Assembly: GCA_963754875.1 (NCBI GenBank)
Contig: CAVWHO010000016.1
Span: forward strand, 448,001-512,000
Length of the DNA: 64,000 nt
From: Nitrospirota bacterium
GTDB taxonomy: Bacteria; Nitrospirota; UBA9217
Direction: 5' to 3'
The notes below the pieces were generated by a model. That model was given only the letters and a program-made list of their open reading frames with translations. It was not told where the DNA came from and made no database searches. This document shows positions 50,656 through 62,700 of the stretch, piece after piece (within the stretch, counting starts at the first letter, position 1; every line of letters begins with the position of its first letter). Made by a program: the position numbers and the translations under genes.

Positions 50656-53600
50656 ATGGCAATCGACAAAAATACGGTAATGAAGGAAGCCCAAAAGTTT
50701 GCAACCAGGGGCTTGTTCGACAAAGCGATTGCCGAATGGAAAAAACTCCTCAAAGAGTCGCCGAACGATGCCAATATCTTCAACACGATAGGCGATCTCT
50801 GCATGAAGAAAGATGCAAAAACCGACGCTTGTGACTCATACAAGAAGGCCGCTGATATCCTTGCCCTCGATGGATTCACTTCCAAAGCCATAGCCCTTTA
50901 CAAAAAAGTCCTCAATATTGATCCGAAAAAAATTGAAGTCCACCTCGCCCTCGGCGATTTGAATGCTGAAAAAGGCCTGAGCGGCAACGCGCTCGAAAGT
51001 TATAAAATCGTTGCCGACAATTACTTGCAACATAAGGACACAGTCAAGGCGCTCGGCATCTACCAGAAAATGGCGGACCTGAACGCCGCCAACGTTTCGT
51101 TTCGCGTAAAGCTGGGAGACATGTACGCGAAAGAGAACATGGTCTCCGAGGCGAGTACAGCGTACCTCAATGCGGCAGACCTCCACATGGAGAAAAAAGA
51201 ATTTAAGGACGCCCGTCAACTGTTCGAGAAAGTGCTGTCTGTCGATCCGGGCAATATGACCGTCTATCACAAAGCCGGAATCGTTTACTTCCAGGAAGGA
51301 AAGTTCAGTGAAGCATGCAAGGCCCTGAAACGGGCCTTTGAAAACGACCCGTCTAATAAGGAAATTGCCGACAGTTATCTTTACTCCCTGTCCAAGGCGG
51401 GCAAAGAACCCGAAGCCGAGCAGGTGGTCAGGAAAATTCTCGAGAATGATGCGACGCGGACAGACCTACGTGAAAAACTCGTCACGATATACCTGGCAAA
51501 AAATGAACAGAACAAAGCTCTTGTCGAAGTGGCCGCTCTTGCAGAAGCGAAAACAATCGAGGGAGACAACAACGCAGCCGAAACAATTCTCAAGAAATTC
51601 GTGGCCGATGCTCCGGAATATATCCCAGGAAGAAAAAAATTGGGAGATTTGTATCGCTCCATCGGCCGGCAGCAGGATGCGGCCGCCGTATACCTCCAGG
51701 CTGCGGAGCTCCTGCTCGAAACGGGAGATGAGGGCGGAGCCAAAACGTTCCTGACCCAGGCCGTGGAGCTTTCCCCGGATCTTGAGGAAGCCAGGGAGCA
51801 CCTCGATCGGCTCGAAGCGGCGGTACACGCCGTGCGTCCTCCCGAACCCGCGGTCGAGCCCATGCCCCCTCCTTCTGAACCGGAGCCGGCTTACGAGCAA
51901 CCTGCCCCAAAGCCTGCAGCGGAGCTGTCGATCCTCGAGGACAACCCGGCAATCAACGAGGCGTTCACGGAAATCGATGTGCTCGTGAAATACGGCCTCG
52001 CTGCCAAAGCGCTCGAACAACTCGAGATGCTTGCAGCCAAATATCCCCATAGTCCACCTGTCCGTATGCGTCTGCAGGATCTTTATCGTGAGCAGGGTAA
52101 TGTTTCCAAGGCCGTGGAGCATGCACTGATGCTGGCCGACATCTATTCCCGGAACAACCTGACCGATCAGTCAGAGTCCGTACTGAATACAGCCCTATCG
52201 ATCGATCCGACAAACGCCGCTCTGCTTGCGAAGCTTGGCAGAGCACCCGTTCCTTCCGAGGCTTTTCAGACCGACACCGGGCAGGTTGCACCGCAAGAAC
52301 CGGTGATCGAAACACCCGCGCCAGCCGAACCGTTCCTGTTCGATTCCGAGCCCCCGGAAGTCTCCTCGCCAGAACCTCCGCCGACAATTGGAGGGACTCC
52401 GGAGTTCGAAGTACCTCCCCCTTCAGACGAAATCACCTTCGAAGGGTTCGATGCCGAAATGCCCCGTCTGGAGGAGCAGGAGCCTTCCTCCGCAGAAGGA
52501 CTCGATGCCGAACTGCCCCGTCTGGAGGAGCAGGAGCCTTCCTCCGCAGAAGGACCTGCACTGACTGAAGCGGCCGAAGAACCAGGCTGGCCCGGAGAAC
52601 AATTCCCGGCAATCGAAACTCGCGAAGAGCCTGTCGTGGAAGTCCGCACACCGGCGCGCGTTGATCAACAGCCGCTTGCCGATGTTCCTCCCGATACCGG
52701 AGAAATATGGGCTGAAGCGGAATTCTACTTTCAGCAGGGGTTGTTCGATGAAGCGAAAAAGCATTATGCGAGGATCATCGAGCTGAACCCCGGCGACCGG
52801 CGGGCAATAGAACGTCTCGGAGAATTATCGCGCGAAGAAGAGCAGTCCCTGGAGTTTTCTAAACTTGCAGATGCGGTTGAAGAGCTGGAAGACGCCGTCA
52901 ACATTGAAGCTGACGGACAGGAATTGCCCTTGAGCGTGTCCGATGAAGACGCGGTCCGCAGTCTCATGCAGGAGATATCTCAGCTCAAAAAACAGGAAAA
53001 GCCCGCGCCTCCCCCAACCCCGCCGGCGGAAAAAGAGCACCTATCTCCTCAGCAATTGAAACAGCCTGTTGGCAAAGAAGCCGAGCCGCCTGTCACACCG
53101 GCAGCGGCCGGTGAACGGTTTTCTGAGCCCGATGAGGATTTTTTTGATCTTGGAGAGGAACTCAACAAGGAGAACAAAAGCGGTCCTGTACGTGCGCCCG
53201 AACAGGCATCGGAGGACTTTTTTGATCTTGCCGCGGAACTCCGGGACGAACTAAGCACCGTCGCTGTTCCCGAACGCGCTGCCGGGTCGTCCGAAGAACA
53301 GAGCCTCGATGAAATTTTTGAAGACTTCAAGCGCGGTGTTGAGCAGCAGTCGGTCAAGGAAGACGTCGACACTCACTATAATCTCGGCGTGGCCTATAAA
53401 GAAATGGGACTACTCGACGATGCGATATCGGAATTCATCCTGACTCCCAAAGAAGAGCCGAAATTTATCCAGAGCCGCTATATGTTGGGCCTTTGCTATA
53501 TGGAAAAGGGAGAGTATCAGAACGCCACGGTCGAGATCCAGAATGCCCTTCACTTCGCGGAAAATCTGCGCGAGGAGGAGACAAGACACACTCGGCATGC

Positions 53601-53857
53601 ACTATGATCTCGGGCTTGCCTATCAGGGGGCCGGAAATCTCAACAATGCAATCAGTGAATTTCAAATCGTCCATGCGCTGGATCCCGGGTACCGGGATAC
53701 TTCGACAAAGCTGAAAGAATTGCAGCAAGGTGATTTCATTTCTCTCGACCAGCTCAAGGATGACATCGAACGGGAGATCTCGTCGAAATTCCTTAAAGAG
53801 GGTGAACGGATTGAGCGTGAAGAAAGGAACCGGAAAAACGAAAAAGTCAGAAACTGA
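50656..53857 (+). CDS. Large TPR protein, SgmX-like (frameshift near 53580)
   Basis: N-terminal TPR array, Pro/Glu-rich linker, C-terminal DVDTHYNLGVAYKEMGLLDDAISEF; continues HYDLGLAY in second frame. Confidence 0.85.
52441..52554 (+). repeat. 54-bp intragenic tandem repeat (x2)
   Basis: EGFDAEMPRLEEQEPSSA / EGLDAELPRLEEQEPSSA. Confidence 0.9.
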
Positions 53858-53956
53858 ATGTGCCTAAATTTTAGGCTCATGCCTATTTTTTAATCAATAT
53901 CCTTCCTTTTTATTTTCTTAACAGATTGAAATTTAAAACCCTTTTTTTAGCATTAA

Positions 53957-54334
<378 letters not shown>

Positions 54335-54454
54335 AAATATATAAATATAACGAGAGGGACGAGGGATGAGGGACGAAAGAAATCGTCCATCGTCTTGCGA
54401 AGCGCTCGCCCATCGTCCATAGAAATACAAATTAAGACAAGAGGAGGAAGCAAC

Positions 54455-55870
54455 ATGGCGACACCCAAAGATGTTTTGAAAATGGCAAAAGACAACAAGG
54501 CAAAGATGGTGGATTTTAAGTTCATGGATTACCCCGGCCTGTGGCAGCACTTCTCCGTCCCCGTGGATGAGTTGACCGAGGCAATCTTCGAGGAAGGCCT
54601 CGGGTTCGACGGCTCCAGCATCCGCGGCTGGCAGTCGATCCACACGAGCGACATGCTCGTCGTGCCCGATGCGGAAACCGCGGTCATGGACCCCTTTACC
54701 AAGTACGCGACCCTTTCGCTCATCTGCAATATCGTTGACCCCATCACCAAGGAACGCTACAGCCGCGACCCGCGCCACATCGCGCAGAAGGCGGAAGCCT
54801 ACCTGAAATCTACCGGCATCGGCGACACCTGCTACATGGGCCCTGAGGCCGAGTTCTTCATTTTCGACGACATCCGCTTCGACCAGAACTCCCACTCCGG
54901 CTACTACTTCCTCGACAGCGAAGAAGGCATCTGGAACAGCGGCAAGGACGAGCAGCCGAACCTGGGCTACAAGCCGCGACACAAGGAAGGTTACTTCCCG
55001 GTACCGCCGATCGACAGCCAGGAGGACATCCGCTCCGAAATGGTGGAGGAAATGCAGAAGGTCGGCATCTACATCGAGCGGCAGCACCATGAAGTGGCGA
55101 CTGCAGGCCAGGCCGAGATCGACATGCGCTACAACCCGCTCGTAAAAGTCGCGGACCAGCTCATGTACTTCAAGTACATCATCAAGAACGTGGCCAAGCG
55201 GCACGGCAAGACCGTGACCTTCATGCCGAAGCCGCTCTTCGGCGACAACGGGTCCGGTATGCACACCCACCAGTCCATCTGGAAGGGCGGCAAGCCCCTG
55301 TTCGCCGGCGACCAGTATGCGGGCATGTCCCAGATGGCGCTGTGGTACATCGGCGGCATCCTGAAGCACGCGAAGAAGATCGCGGCCTTCACGAACCCGA
55401 CAACGAACTCCTACAAACGCCTGACCCCGGGCTTCGAAGCGCCGGTGAACCTGGCCTACTCGAGCCGGAACCGTTCAGCCTCCGTCCGCATCCCGATGTA
55501 CAGCGCGAACCCCAAGGCAAAGCGGATCGAGGTCCGCTTCCCTGACCCGTCCTGCAACCCCTATCTGGCCTTCGCAGCCATGCTCATGGCCGGTCTCGAC
55601 GGCATCGAGAACAAGATCGATCCGGGCCAGCCGCTCGACAAGGACATCTACGATATGGCGCCTGAAGAACTGGCAAGCGTACCGTCCATGCCGGGCTCGC
55701 TCGACGAAGCGCTCGACAATCTCGAAGCTGATCACGGCTTCCTTTTGAAGGGCGACGTGTTCACCAAGGACGCCATCGAGATGTGGATCAACTACAAGAG
55801 GACCAAGGAAGTGGACGCGCTCCGACTCCGTCCCCATCCCTATGAGTTCTTCCTGTACTACGATATCTAA
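54455..55870 (+). CDS. glnA: Glutamine synthetase type I
   Basis: [51 protein letters not shown]. Confidence 0.98.
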   Translation: MATPKDVLKMAKDNKAKMVDFKFMDYPGLWQHFSVPVDELTEAIFEEGLGFDGSSIRGWQSIHTSDMLVVPDAETAVMDPFTKYATLSLICNIVDPITKERYSRDPRHIAQKAEAYLKSTGIGDTCYMGPEAEFFIFDDIRFDQNSHSGYYFLDSEEGIWNSGKDEQPNLGYKPRHKEGYFPVPPIDSQEDIRSEMVEEMQKVGIYIERQHHEVATAGQAEIDMRYNPLVKVADQLMYFKYIIKNVAKRHGKTVTFMPKPLFGDNGSGMHTHQSIWKGGKPLFAGDQYAGMSQMALWYIGGILKHAKKIAAFTNPTTNSYKRLTPGFEAPVNLAYSSRNRSASVRIPMYSANPKAKRIEVRFPDPSCNPYLAFAAMLMAGLDGIENKIDPGQPLDKDIYDMAPEELASVPSMPGSLDEALDNLEADHGFLLKGDVFTKDAIEMWINYKRTKEVDALRLRPHPYEFFLYYDI

Positions 55871-55893
55871 CAGCTGATTCACAGACTGGCAAT

Positions 55894-55931
55894 AAAAACC
55901 GGAACCTCGCTAAAGGGGTTCCGGTTTTTTT
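55894..55931 (+). terminator. Terminator after glnA
   Basis: AAAAACCGGAACC-loop-GGTTCCGGTTTTTTT. Confidence 0.85.
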
Positions 55932-56119
55932 GTGCCGGGAATCTTTTGAATAACTACTACAAACTCTTGCCATCGTTTTTTTCACCGAAAAGCTCAGTCT
56001 TTTCCTGGCCATTTTTGCTAAAAAGTGTCTTTATTAAATTTTAACTTATTTGCCAGCAATCTTAGCAGCAATTTTATGCCGATTGTGTTTATATTTATCC
56101 ATGAAAAGGAGGGAGACTC

Positions 56120-56200
56120 ATGGACATCCTGTTTATCGGCATCACGATTGTGCTCTTTGTTGCAAGCTGGTTTTTCGTGAAACTTGTTGAACGAGTCTAG
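56120..56200 (+). CDS. 26-aa hydrophobic peptide upstream of kdpF
   Basis: MDILFIGITIVLFVASWFFVKLVERV with purine-rich RBS. Confidence 0.7.
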   Translation: MDILFIGITIVLFVASWFFVKLVERV

Positions 56201-56212
56201 AAGGAGGGAAGA

Positions 56213-56305
56213 ATGGAACTGTTCTACTGGATTGGCGGCGTTCTCGCCGCGGGATTGTTGGTGTATCTCTTGATAGCACTTCTTAAACCGGAGGCATTGT
56301 CATGA
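56213..56305 (+). CDS. kdpF: KdpF subunit
   Basis: [30 protein letters not shown]; YLxxALxxPE motif; ATGA overlap with kdpA. Confidence 0.9.
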   Translation: MELFYWIGGVLAAGLLVYLLIALLKPEALS

Positions 56306-58107
56306 CTGGCAACGATATTTTGCAGATAGTTTTATATTTTGGCGTTTTGTTGCTCCTCGCAAAACCGCTCGGGGTCTACATGGCGCGGGTTTACGAAGGA
56401 CAGCCTTCGGGCCTGGACCGCGTGCTCGGGCCTGTTGAACGTCTTTTCTACCGGATTTGCGGCATCAAGCCCGACGAGGAAATGAGCTGGAAGAAGTACG
56501 CCGGTGCGTGTGCTTCTCTTCAGCGCAGCAGGATTCTTCTTCCTCTATCTCCTGCAGCGCTTACAGGGGTTTCTGCCGCTGAATCCGCAGAAGTTCACTG
56601 CAGTCTCCCCCGATTCTTCTTTTAATACGGCGGTAAGTTTTATCACGAATACCAACTGGCAGGGGTACGGCGGCGAAACAACGATGAGCTACCTCACCCA
56701 GATGGTCGGACTTGGGGTGCAGAATTTCGTGTCCGCGGCAGCGGGCATGGCCGTGCTCGTTGCCCTGATCCGCGGGTTTGCCAGAGCACTCGGCTGAGAC
56801 CATCGGCAACTTCTGGTTCGATCTCACCCGCTCCACGCTTTACATCCTGATGCCGCTTGCGCTGATCTGGTCGCTGCTGCTCGTATCTCAGGGAGTTGTG
56901 CAGACCTTCAGCGAATACAAGACCGTTTCGCTCACTCAGACCATCACCTACGATAACCCGAAGCTCGATGCCCAGGGCAACCCGATCAAGGATGAAAAGG
57001 GCAATCCCGTGACCGAGAAAGCGGAGATGAAAGAGCAGGTCATACCGCTCGGTCCGGCTGCTTCGCAGATCGCGATCAAGCAGCTCGGCACGAACGGCGG
57101 CGGGTTCTTTAATGTCAACTCGGCCCATCCTTTCGAGAACCCGACAGCATTCTCCAATTTTCTGGAAATGCTGGCGATCCTCCTGATACCCGCGGCGCTC
57201 TGTATCACCTTCGGCAAGATGGTCGGAGACAAGCGCCAGGGGTGGGCTCTGCTTTCCGCCATGACGATCGTGCTCGTCACGCTGATGGCCTTATGTACCT
57301 GGAGCGAGCAGGGCGGCAATCCCGCGCTTCGCATCCATCGGCATCGATCAACAGGCAAGCAATCTGCAGCCCGGCGGCAACATGGAAGGAAAAGAAGCGC
57401 GCTTCGGGATCGTGAATTCCGCGATCTGGGCCACGGCAACCACGGCGGCCTCGAACGGCTCGGTCAATTCCATGCACGACTCCTTCACGCCCATGGGCGG
57501 CCTGTACCCGCTGGTGCTGATCCAGTTGGGAGAGGTGATCTTCGGCGGCGTCGGCTCCGGGCTCTACGGCATGCTGATCATGGCCATTATTACGGTCTTC
57601 ATCGCCGGCCTCATGGTCGGCCGCACGCCGGAGTATCTGGGCAAGAAGATCGAGATGTTCGAGATGAAGATGGCCTCGGTCGCGGTGCTCGTCGTCAATG
57701 CCCTGGTCAAGATCGGCACGGCAGTCGGCGTTGCGACGGCAGCGGGAGTCGCGGGAGTCGCGAACCCCGGTCCGCATGGATTTTCCGAGATCCTCTACGC
57801 CTTTTCATCCGCAGCGAACAACAACGGCAGCGCCTTTGCGGGCCTCTCCGCCAACACGGTCTTCTATAACACGGCCCTCGGCATCTCCATGTTCATCGGC
57901 CGGTTCTGGGTGATCATCCCGGTGCTTGCCATTGCCGGTTCGCTCGCGAAGAAGAAGCAGGTCCCTGCCGGTTTGGGAACGCTGCCGACCCATACGCCCT
58001 TGTTCGTGGCGCTTTTGATCGGGGTCATCGTGATCGTCGGAGCGTTGACGTTCATGCCGGCCTGGGCCTTCGGGCCGATTGCCGAACAGTTGATGGCCGC
58101 GAAGTAA
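56302..58107 (+). CDS. kdpA: K+-transporting ATPase subunit A (frameshifts near 56505, 56780, 57330)
   Basis: [37 protein letters not shown]. Confidence 0.95.
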
Positions 58108-58231
58108 TTAGACACCCTCTCCTTCAAGCGCAGAGGGCTGGGGTGAGGATGGGACATCGAACGTTCAAACCCATCCCCATGCTAATCCTCCCCTTGAAGG
58201 GTGAGGAAACTGGTAAGGAGGAATAATAACA

Positions 58232-60309
58232 ATGAGCAGTAAATCGAAAAAACGATCGCTCTTTGAACCGACGATCGTAAAAAAAGCATTATGGGATTCG
58301 TTCAGAAAATTGAACCCAGTACACCAGATCAAGAACCCTGTCATGTTTGTCGTGGAAGTCGGCAGTATCTTGACGACGCTCCTGTTTTTCCACGCAGTCC
58401 TGACGGGAAAAGGCGAGGCGTCGCCTTCCTTCATTCTGCAGATCTCCGTCTGGCTCTGGATAACGGTGCTCTTCGCCAATTTCGCGGAATCCATGGCAGA
58501 GGGCCGCGGCAAGGCCCAGGCCGAATCCCTCCGCCAGACGCGGCGCGAGGTCATGGCCAAGCGGCTTGCGAAACCGTCGCCTGATGCGGAGGTCACGAAG
58601 ATCGCCTCGTCACAGCTCAAAAAAGGCGATGTCGTTCTCGTGGAGGCAGGCGACATCATCCCCATGGACGGAGAAATCATCGAGGGTGTGGCCTCGGTCA
58701 ATGAAAGCGCCGTGACCGGCGAAAGCGCGCCGGTGATCCGCGAAAGCGGCGGAGACCGGAGCGCGGTCACGGGCGGGACTACGGTCTTGTCCGACTGGCT
58801 CGTGGTGCGGATCACGACAAGTCCCGGTGAGACGTTTCTCGACCGCATGATCAGCATGGTGGAAGGCGCAAAGCGCCAGAAGACGCCGAACGAGATCGCC
58901 CTCGATATTCTGCTCGCGGGCATGACGATCATCTTTTTGCTCGTGTGCGTGACGCTGCTTCCCTATTCCCTCTTCAGCGTCAAGGCAGCGGGCCAGGGCA
59001 CGCCGGTCACCATCACCGTGCTCGTGGCACTTCTGGTCTGCCTCATCCCGACCACGATCGGCGGCCTGCTCTCGGCCATCGGCATCGCGGGCATGGACCG
59101 GATGATCCAGGCAAATGTGATCGCCACGTCCGGACGGGCCGTGGAAGCGGCCGGAGACGTTGATGTGCTGCTGCTCGATAAAACCGGCACGATCACCCTC
59201 GGAAACCGGCAGGCCACGGAGTTTATTCCCGCACCGGGAGTGCATGTGGGAGCGCTTGCCGACGCGGCACAGCTCGCCTCATTGGCGGATGAAACACCTG
59301 AAGGAAGAAGCATCGTGGTTCTTGCAAAAGAAAAATACAGCCTCCGCGCCCGGGACATCCAAAGCATCAAGGCGGAGTTTGTCCCTTTCACTGCCCAGAC
59401 TCGGATGAGCGGGGTAAACCTCGACAACCGGGAAATCCGCAAAGGCGCTGCCGACGCAGTTGAAAAGTACGTTCAAAAAAAAGGCGGGACGTTCCCTCCC
59501 GATGTTCGCTCAATCGTGGACGACATTGCCAAAGCAGGGCGCAACACCGCTCGTGGTCGCCGAAGGGAATAAAGTGCTCGGCGTCATCCGCTTGAACGAC
59601 ATCGTCAAGGGCGGGATCAAGGAACGCTTTGCCGAGATGCGCAAGATGGGGATCAAGACGGTCATGATCACCGGCGACAACCCGCTCACCGCGGCCGCGG
59701 TCGCAGCCGAGGCAGGCGTGGATGATTTTCTGGCCGAGGCGACGCCCGAGGCAAAGCTCAAGCTGATCCGCGAACACCAGAAAGGCGGAAGGCTCGTTGC
59801 CATGACCGGCGACGGTACGAACGACGCGCCCGCGCTTGCCCAGGCGGACGTGGCCGTTGCCATGCACACCGGGCACCCAGGCGGCAAAGGAAGCAGGCAA
59901 CCTGGTGGACCTCGACTCGAATCCCACCAAGCTCATCCAGATCGTCGAGATCGGCAAGCAGCTCTTGATGACCCGCGGCACGCTCACGACCTTCAGCATC
60001 GCGAACGACGTGGCGAAATATTTCGCCATTCTGCCTGCTGCGTTCATTTCCATCTATCCGGCGCTCGGGGCGCTGAATATCATGGGCCTTGCAACGCCGC
60101 AGAGCGCCGTGTTGTCGGCGGTGATCTTTAACGCGCTGATCATTATTTTCCTGGTTCCCCTGGCCCTTCGCGGCGTGAAATACCGCCCCCTCGGCGCTTC
60201 GGTGGTCTTACGAAATAACGCCCTGATTTACGGTGTCGGCGGCTTGATCGTGCCGTTCATCGGCATCAAGCTGGTTGATATGCTCATAACTGCATTGCAT
60301 ATTGTTTAA
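58232..60309 (+). CDS. kdpB: K+-transporting ATPase subunit B (frameshifts near 59535, 59870)
   Basis: [39 protein letters not shown]. Confidence 0.95.
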
Positions 60310-60332
60310 CTAACTAATCGAAGGAGATTGAA

Positions 60333-61464
60333 GTGAAAAAAATGAGTTCTGTTCTAGGATTGAAAATCGGATTGATGATATTCTGCGCCATGGCGGCACT
60401 GGCAACACCGATTTTTGCAGAAGATGCGAAACCGGCAGCACCTGTAGTGAGCGCAGACGATTTGAAGAAGGCGTTGGGTATGAGCATCTATCTGCAGAGC
60501 GGCTACACGTACAACGGCAATGCAAGCGTCGGTCAAATAAATGATCTGCGCGCGTTCGACACAAAAGCGAACAGCTTTGGACTCGATCTATTGGAATTGA
60601 TTTTTGCAAAAGACCCTGCCGCGGGTGCCATCGGCTACAAGGTGAAAATTTCCGGAGGCGATACGGCGCGGATCATCAATGCCGCGGGCTTGGGCGCCTC
60701 GACACCGGATTCCATCGACGTTACGGAGGCATATGTAAGTTACCTTGCCCCAATCGGCAAGGGGCTCCGGTTCGATGCAGGAAAGATGGGAACCTTCGTG
60801 GGCGCAGAAGTGATGGAAGCGATCGACAATCCCAACTACTCCCGCTCATTCCTGTTCACCTGGGCTGAACCGCTTACCCATACCGGCGTGAAGGCCGGCT
60901 ACACGTTCACCGACAAGATAAACGCGGCCCTGTTCGTGGTGAACGGCTGGGACAACATGAACGACAACAATACGGGCAAGTCCGTAGGCCTCTCCGTAAA
61001 CCTGACGCCGAATGACAAGGTCTCCGGCTACGTGAATTATTTGACCGGCCCGGAGAAGACCAATAATACCCGGGACAACAGGTCGCTTCTCGATCTCATT
61101 GCGACGATCACTCCGATCAAGCCGCTTTCGTTCATCCTGAACTACGACAACGGCCAGGAGGAGCATTCGTCGGCAACCGGTGGCACCGCAGAGTGGTCCG
61201 GCGTGTCCGCAATCGCGAAGTATGATTTCAGTGACACCTACAGCCTGGCGATCCGCGGCGAGTATTTCGACGACAAGGACGGCGTCAGGACCCTTACGGT
61301 CCAGAAACTGACCGAAGTGACAATCACCCCGACAATCAAGCTTGCCGGCGGCCTGGTCTTGATGCCTGAGTACCGCTATGACACTTCGAACAAGCAGTCT
61401 TTCGACAACGGCACGAAGAAGTCCCAGGACACCGTCGCGCTTGGCTGCGATGTATAGATGGTAA
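60333..61464 (+). CDS. Outer-membrane beta-barrel porin (DUF1597/BBP2-like)
   Basis: Signal peptide, EAYVSY, NPNYSRS, NGWD, RGEYFDD, PEYRYD; probable true end LAAMYRW via 1-bp frameshift near 61440. Confidence 0.85.
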
Positions 61465-61495
61465 GGATATTGGAAAATCGAAAACGGAGGAATCC

Positions 61496-62070
61496 ATGTT
61501 TACAATGATTCGCAATTCGCTCATGTCTATTTTGGTATTCACGATCCTCACGGGGATCATTTATCCCCTGGCAGTGACGGGGATCTCTCAAGTGATATTC
61601 CCGCAACAGGCAAACGGCAGCATCATCACGAAGAACGGAAAACCAGTCGGCTCATCGCTTCTTGGCCAGCAGTTCGAGGATCCGAAATATTTCTGGGGCA
61701 GGCTTTCGGCAACGACGCCCTATCCATACAACGGTGCATCTTCTACGGGCTCTAATCTCGGCCCGAACAACCCCGATCTCATGAAGGCTGTGCAGGCGCG
61801 TATAGATGCTCTGCATGCTGCGGATCCCAGGAAATGATGCGAAGATACCCGTTGACCTGGTCACTGCTTCCGGCAGCGGGCTCGATCCGCATATCAGCCC
61901 TGCTGCTGCTGAATATCAGATACACCGGGTGGCAAAGGCCCGGGGACTCGATGATGCCAGAGGTCCGCGACATCGTTGCCAAAAACACCACAGGCCGCTG
62001 GCTCGGCGTGATCGGCGAACCGGTGGTCAATGTTCTGGAGCTGAACTTGGCGCTCGACGAACAGAAGTAA
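61496..62070 (+). CDS. kdpC: K+-transporting ATPase subunit C (frameshifted twice)
   Basis: [45 protein letters not shown]. Confidence 0.95.
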
Positions 62071-62086
62071 CTGTGGAGAATAAAAC

Positions 62087-62476
62087 ATGAAAAAGATCGT
62101 AAAGCTTCTTGCTGTTCTGCTGATCTCATGCATAGGGCTCCCTCAGCTCGCAAACGCCGTTTCCTGGTCCCCCCTCCAGGAGGAACGCGAAGAGAAGGCT
62201 GCCAAGGGGATCATAGAAAAGGGCGCTGTAGTATGCCTGTTCCAGAGCGGGACCGCGGACGTAAAGAAGGCGATCAACGTAAATGATATTCTTCCTGTCT
62301 ACCGGGAAAGCAAGTCCCATGAACTCAAGGAAGTAGGAAAGATCAAGGTGCTTTCTTATGTGGGCGAAGATTATTTGAAAGGCGAGGTTGTTGAAGGCGA
62401 ACTTAAAGTCGGCGACATCGCGAAAAAGGGCGATGTCGCGAGCCTGATCATATCATCAGGCGACAAGTGTAACTAG
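62087..62476 (+). CDS. Exported hypothetical protein
   Basis: Signal peptide ending ANA; beta-rich [29 protein letters not shown]. Confidence 0.75.
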   Translation: MKKIVKLLAVLLISCIGLPQLANAVSWSPLQEEREEKAAKGIIEKGAVVCLFQSGTADVKKAINVNDILPVYRESKSHELKEVGKIKVLSYVGEDYLKGEVVEGELKVGDIAKKGDVASLIISSGDKCN

Positions 62477-62527
62477 TTCAATGTCTAGCGATCTCTGATA
62501 TGTGGTAAAAAAACATGTCACCCAAGG

Positions 62528-62559
62528 CGGGGCCCCTCTGTAGGGGGTCCCGTTTTTTT
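62528..62559 (+). terminator. Terminator after kdp structural operon
   Basis: CGGGGCCCCT-CTGT-AGGGGGTCCCG followed by T7. Confidence 0.75.
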
Positions 62560-62700
62560 GGCCCACTCGATATAATGCTTAAGAAATAGCAGAGCGCCTG
62601 CAAACGTCGCTAAGCGGCAAGTGCCCGTTGTAAAAAAGCATTTACACCCACCATAAAAAATGCGACAATACAACGTTGTTGACCATATCAAGGAGTATTA

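Noticed and set aside
56004..56020. Sigma54 promoter TGGCCATTTTTGC before kdp
   Set aside because: GG-to-GC spacing is 8 rather than the required 10 bp.
62480..62700. c-di-AMP (ydaO) riboswitch near kdpD
   Set aside because: Only a terminator hairpin is visible; conserved ydaO motifs are not found.
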